Origin: a bacterium
GTDB lineage: Bacteria; Patescibacteriota; Minisyncoccia; Phycocordibacterales; UBA5272
DNA: 64,000 nt
Assembly (NCBI GenBank): GCA_023267595.1
Contig: JAHFNB010000001.1
Location: 8,837 to 72,836 of the forward strand
Direction of reading: 5' to 3'
Shown here: in pieces, positions 60,579 to 64,000 of the stretch
How the letters are laid out: the number at the start of each line of letters is the position of its first letter
Position numbering within the stretch: the first letter of the stretch is position 1
The notes under the pieces: model-generated
What the model was told of the DNA's origin: nothing
Databases searched by the model: none
Seen by the model: the letters and a program-made list of their open reading frames with translations, nothing else
Program-made: the position numbers and the translations under genes

Positions 60579-60726
60579 TTCGGACAAGTAAGTGCTACCC
60601 ACAAGGTGGCACTTACTTCTAAGTAGTAAGAGGGTATACTAACTATAGTTTCTTATTTTAATAATCAAAGTTACTAGTCTTATTCTCTGTAATAAAAACT
60701 AGTAACTACCAACCAATACTATTTTC

Positions 60727-61338
60727 ATGTCAGTTATAAAACATAGCGACCAGCGCGTCGCAGTATTTATAGATACTCAAAATCTATACCATAGTGCAAA
60801 AAATTTATACAATTCAAAAGTAAACTTCGGTGCCATTATGAATATGGCGGTAGGGAAGCGTAAACTCATTCGTGCACTTGCCTATGTAATCACCACAGAA
60901 GCAGGAGACGAAACAAACTTCTTCGAAGCACTTACCAAAATCGGTATCGAAACTAAAACAAAAGATCTTCAAGTCTTTTATGGTGGTGCTAAAAAGGCTG
61001 ATTGGGATGTTGGACTTGCAGTTGATGCTATTCGTCTTGCGCCAAAAGTAGATACTATCATCTTGGCAACAGGAGATGGTGACTTTGTTCCACTCGTTAC
61101 TTTCTTAAAAGAACATTTTGGTGTTCAAGTTGAAGTTATTTCTTTCGGACGTTCATCATCAACAAAACTTCGTGAAGCATGCGAAGACTTTATAGACATG
61201 TGTGATCATCCTGAAAAATTCTTAATTGGGTATCGTACACATCGTTCTTCTAAAAAAGGAAAAGGTGGTGTGAAAAAATCAAATATTAAAGAGTATTCTG
61301 ACGAAGACTTAGGAATATTTGCAGGAGGAGATAAATAA
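60727..61338 (+). CDS. NYN-domain (LabA/DUF88-like) protein
   Basis: VAVFIDTQNLYHS...ILATGDGDFVPLV PIN-like core. Confidence 0.7.
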   Translation: MSVIKHSDQRVAVFIDTQNLYHSAKNLYNSKVNFGAIMNMAVGKRKLIRALAYVITTEAGDETNFFEALTKIGIETKTKDLQVFYGGAKKADWDVGLAVDAIRLAPKVDTIILATGDGDFVPLVTFLKEHFGVQVEVISFGRSSSTKLREACEDFIDMCDHPEKFLIGYRTHRSSKKGKGGVKKSNIKEYSDEDLGIFAGGDK

Positions 61339-61423
61339 GAACATGGATACAAAAGAAGCACGCTTAGGTGTGCTTCTTTTGTATCCACTGCATACTGGCA
61401 ACTGTTAACTGTATACTAGATAT

Positions 61424-62068
61424 ATGTCGCTTGAAACTGTTGATACATTCGAACATGATATTGCTACAGAAATAAAAGAGAAGGAAGCAACTATTGGAGA
61501 CATTGCCTCAGCATCAAATGATGTTGGAAACATTCCCGTCTCCTCACAAAACTCTTCTCTTATCTCTATTCTTATTATTACTTTTATTCTTCTCCTGACA
61601 CTTCTCGTTGCCTATTTTGGATATACGTATTACAACAATAAAGTAAACCCACCAGAGAATACTGCAGTAGTTGTTATTCCTGATACCAACGATATCTCAT
61701 TGTTAAAAACACTCTCACCACAATTTGAAGAAGCAATAGGAAGATACATACGCAATGTTTCAAAATCACCATATGGATACACACTTACCATTGCATCATC
61801 AAATGCATATTCTTCTATCTTTGCATATATGCTAAAAAATGAACCTCTCTACGCAGATGATATAGCATCTGCACTTAATCAAGCACGTGATACGAGCACA
61901 ACAACAATCCCATTTATATTTTCTGATCGTACTATAAATAATCAAAATATTCGTGTTGGAATATCTGGATCAAGCAGTATTATGTACGCATTTATAAACA
62001 CACAAGCCCTCGTTATTGCAACATCAACCGAAGCCATTATGACTCTTCGCAGTGATATACTTCACTAA
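61424..62068 (+). CDS. hypothetical single-pass membrane protein
   Basis: TM helix ISILIITFILLLTLLVAYFGY; extracytoplasmic C-terminal domain; stop overlaps comM start. Confidence 0.35.
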   Translation: MSLETVDTFEHDIATEIKEKEATIGDIASASNDVGNIPVSSQNSSLISILIITFILLLTLLVAYFGYTYYNNKVNPPENTAVVVIPDTNDISLLKTLSPQFEEAIGRYIRNVSKSPYGYTLTIASSNAYSSIFAYMLKNEPLYADDIASALNQARDTSTTTIPFIFSDRTINNQNIRVGISGSSSIMYAFINTQALVIATSTEAIMTLRSDILH

Positions 62069-63624
62069 TGAGTGTTGCAACATTAGAGAGTGCACATATC
62101 GTAGGACTTAATGCTGAAAAAGTTGTTGTTGAAGTAGATATCTCACAAGGACTCTACACCTTCGCAATTATCGGTCTTCCTGATAAAGCAATTGATGAGA
62201 GTAAAGACAGAATTATTGCTGCACTTAAAAATACAGGGTTACGTAATCCAAAAACAGAAAATCATAAAGTTACTGTATCTTTATCTCCTGCTCATATTAA
62301 AAAAGAGGGATCTCATTTTGATGTACCAATTGCACTTACATATCTTATTGCATCAAAACAATTAACAATTCCATCAGATGTTGGGTGGTTTGTAGGAGAA
62401 TTATCACTTACTGGTGATATCGTACCTATGATGGGAGTACTTGCCATTGCAGAATATGCAAAACAAAAAGGTGTAAAAGCACTTTATGTACCCTATGCCA
62501 ATAAAGAAGAGGCGGCCCTTGTTGAAGGACTCACCGTATACGGATGCACCACACTGTTAGATCTTGTTTTGCACTTGGGTGGTACCATTGATGGTATTAC
62601 AAAAATTGTATCTCTATCTCCTTCTCCACAAACAGAAATTATATATATACGACCAGACTCATTCTTAGACTTCAAAGATGTGCGCGGACAAGAAACTGCA
62701 AAGCGTGCACTTGAAATCGCAGCAGCCGGTGGTCATAACATTGCACTCTATGGACCACCAGGAACTGGGAAAACTATGCTTGCTCGTGCATTTACCTCTA
62801 TACTTCCACCTCTTACTCATGAGGAGGCATTAACAGTGACTCGTATTCATTCTGTATCACACACGCAAACATCGATCATTACTCATCCACCATTTCGAAG
62901 TCCTCATCATACATCATCCTACGTATCACTCGTAGGGGGTGGAGCACATCCACGCCCAGGAGAAGTAACGCTTGCACATTATGGTGTTTTATTCTTAGAT
63001 GAATTTCCTGAGTTTGATAAACGTGTTATAGAATCTTTACGAGAACCACTAGAAGAAGGTGTCATCACAGTATCTCGTGCAAAGGGAACATTTTCTTTTC
63101 CTGCATCATGCACACTTGTTGCTTCTATGAATCCTTGTCCTTGCGGGTATATGGGGAGTAAATTAAAACGATGTATATGTAAAGCATCTGACATTGATAG
63201 ATATGCGCGAAAATTATCAGGTCCCATCATGGATAGAATAGATATTTGGGTGCCTGTGCAACATATAGATTATGAAACTCTTACCCATAATCGTATTGGA
63301 GAAGAGAGTGAACATGTGCGAACAAGAATCATAAAAGCGCGATCTTTTGCAAAAAAACGTTTTGAAGGTATGGGGGATTTTCGTATTACGAAAAATAAAG
63401 ATATGAAGGCACGGGATATTAGTAACTATATAACTCTTTCTCCAAAAGTTGAAAATCTTATGAAAGAACTTGCAACATCACACACATTATCTCCTCGTGC
63501 GTATCACAGAGTATTACGTCTTGCACGTACTATTGCAGACCTTAAACAAGCCCAAGACATCACAGACGCAGATATTTTGGAAGCCTTTCAATATAGACCA
63601 AAATTATATCAAGATCGTATTTAA
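62068..63624 (+). CDS. comM: YifB/ComM Mg-chelatase-like AAA+ ATPase
   Basis: N-terminal Lon-like domain, Walker A YGPPGTGKT, sensor motifs, C-terminal Mg_chelatase_C. Confidence 0.85.
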   Translation: MSVATLESAHIVGLNAEKVVVEVDISQGLYTFAIIGLPDKAIDESKDRIIAALKNTGLRNPKTENHKVTVSLSPAHIKKEGSHFDVPIALTYLIASKQLTIPSDVGWFVGELSLTGDIVPMMGVLAIAEYAKQKGVKALYVPYANKEEAALVEGLTVYGCTTLLDLVLHLGGTIDGITKIVSLSPSPQTEIIYIRPDSFLDFKDVRGQETAKRALEIAAAGGHNIALYGPPGTGKTMLARAFTSILPPLTHEEALTVTRIHSVSHTQTSIITHPPFRSPHHTSSYVSLVGGGAHPRPGEVTLAHYGVLFLDEFPEFDKRVIESLREPLEEGVITVSRAKGTFSFPASCTLVASMNPCPCGYMGSKLKRCICKASDIDRYARKLSGPIMDRIDIWVPVQHIDYETLTHNRIGEESEHVRTRIIKARSFAKKRFEGMGDFRITKNKDMKARDISNYITLSPKVENLMKELATSHTLSPRAYHRVLRLARTIADLKQAQDITDADILEAFQYRPKLYQDRI

Positions 63625-63679
63625 TTTTTGTTTAAAAATGTCTTAGAGACGAGGCAAGAGAAATTTTTAAAATAAAAAC

Positions 63680-64000
63680 TAGAAGGGATTCTTTGCTCCA
63701 CGAACTTCAAAGTGCAAATGTGGCCCTGTTGATCGCCCTGTATTTCCTACTTGTCCAATAACTTGGCCCTGAGATACTGTTTGTCCTGAAACAACATTAA
63801 CCGTACGAAGATGGGCATAAATTGTTTGTATTCCACCATCATGATTAATAACAATCATATTTCCATAACCACCATTATATCCACCAATTCTTGCAACTAT
63901 GACTCTACCAGATGCTGCTGCAATAACAGGAGTTCCTGATGGAGCACCAAAATCAATACCATTATGGCCATGTAAACCTTGAGTTTTACGGCCACCATTA
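63680..64000 (-). CDS. M23 (LytM-type) peptidase, C-terminal part (gene continues beyond window end)
   Basis: HNGIDFGAPSGTPV...HLHFEV zinc-binding motifs read from reverse complement. Confidence 0.75.

Noticed and set aside
1-64000. CRISPR arrays, IS elements, transposases, phage integrases
   Set aside because: No regularly spaced direct repeats and no transposase or integrase motifs were seen. The only tyrosine recombinase is a housekeeping XerC/D type.

Overview
AT-rich (~35% GC) bacterial segment organised like a small-genome, CPR/Patescibacteria-type organism. It lacks L30, ribosomal proteins carry extensions, and metabolism is sparse. About 60% of the window is the minus-strand translation supercluster: str operon (rpsL-rpsG-fusA-tuf), then S10 operon (rpsJ-rplC-D-W-B-rpsS-rplV-rpsC-rplP-rpsQ), then spc operon (rplN-X-E-rpsN-rpsH-rplF-R-rpsE-rplO-secY-adk-map). 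Also present: ftsK, recA and efp; a clpP / RNase Y / HU block; a cluster of four tRNAs with a YraN endonuclease; a complete type III R-M system (mod-res) next to rnhA and recJ; a split ComEC; tig-ppa-nusA; and tpi-pgk fused to an ECF sigma / anti-sigma module. At the far end are xth, uppS, xerC/D, rpsO, a NYN protein, comM and a partial M23 peptidase. Unusual content: (1) a three-gene insertion (Cys/His-containing 156-aa protein, DUF5684-like membrane protein, 454-aa secreted peptidoglycan-binding protein) between rplE and rpsN, bracketed by terminator-like hairpins; (2) two tandem paralogous glycine-zipper membrane proteins inserted between secY and adk; (3) a 913-aa soluble FtsK/HerA/VirD4-superfamily ATPase with an unknown ~450-aa N-terminal domain at the tail of spc (after map); (4) a ~560-bp block of >60% GC between tuf and fusA encoding a signal-peptide protein; (5) a ~103-bp intergenic element in two ~93%-identical copies, with a partial third copy; (6) a trigger factor without the PPIase domain but with a His-rich linker; (7) a 3' fragment of tRNA-Pro duplicated 147 bp downstream of the intact gene. 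No CRISPR array, transposase or integrase was recognised. All calls rest on reading motifs in the provided ORF translations and sequence; no database search could be run.
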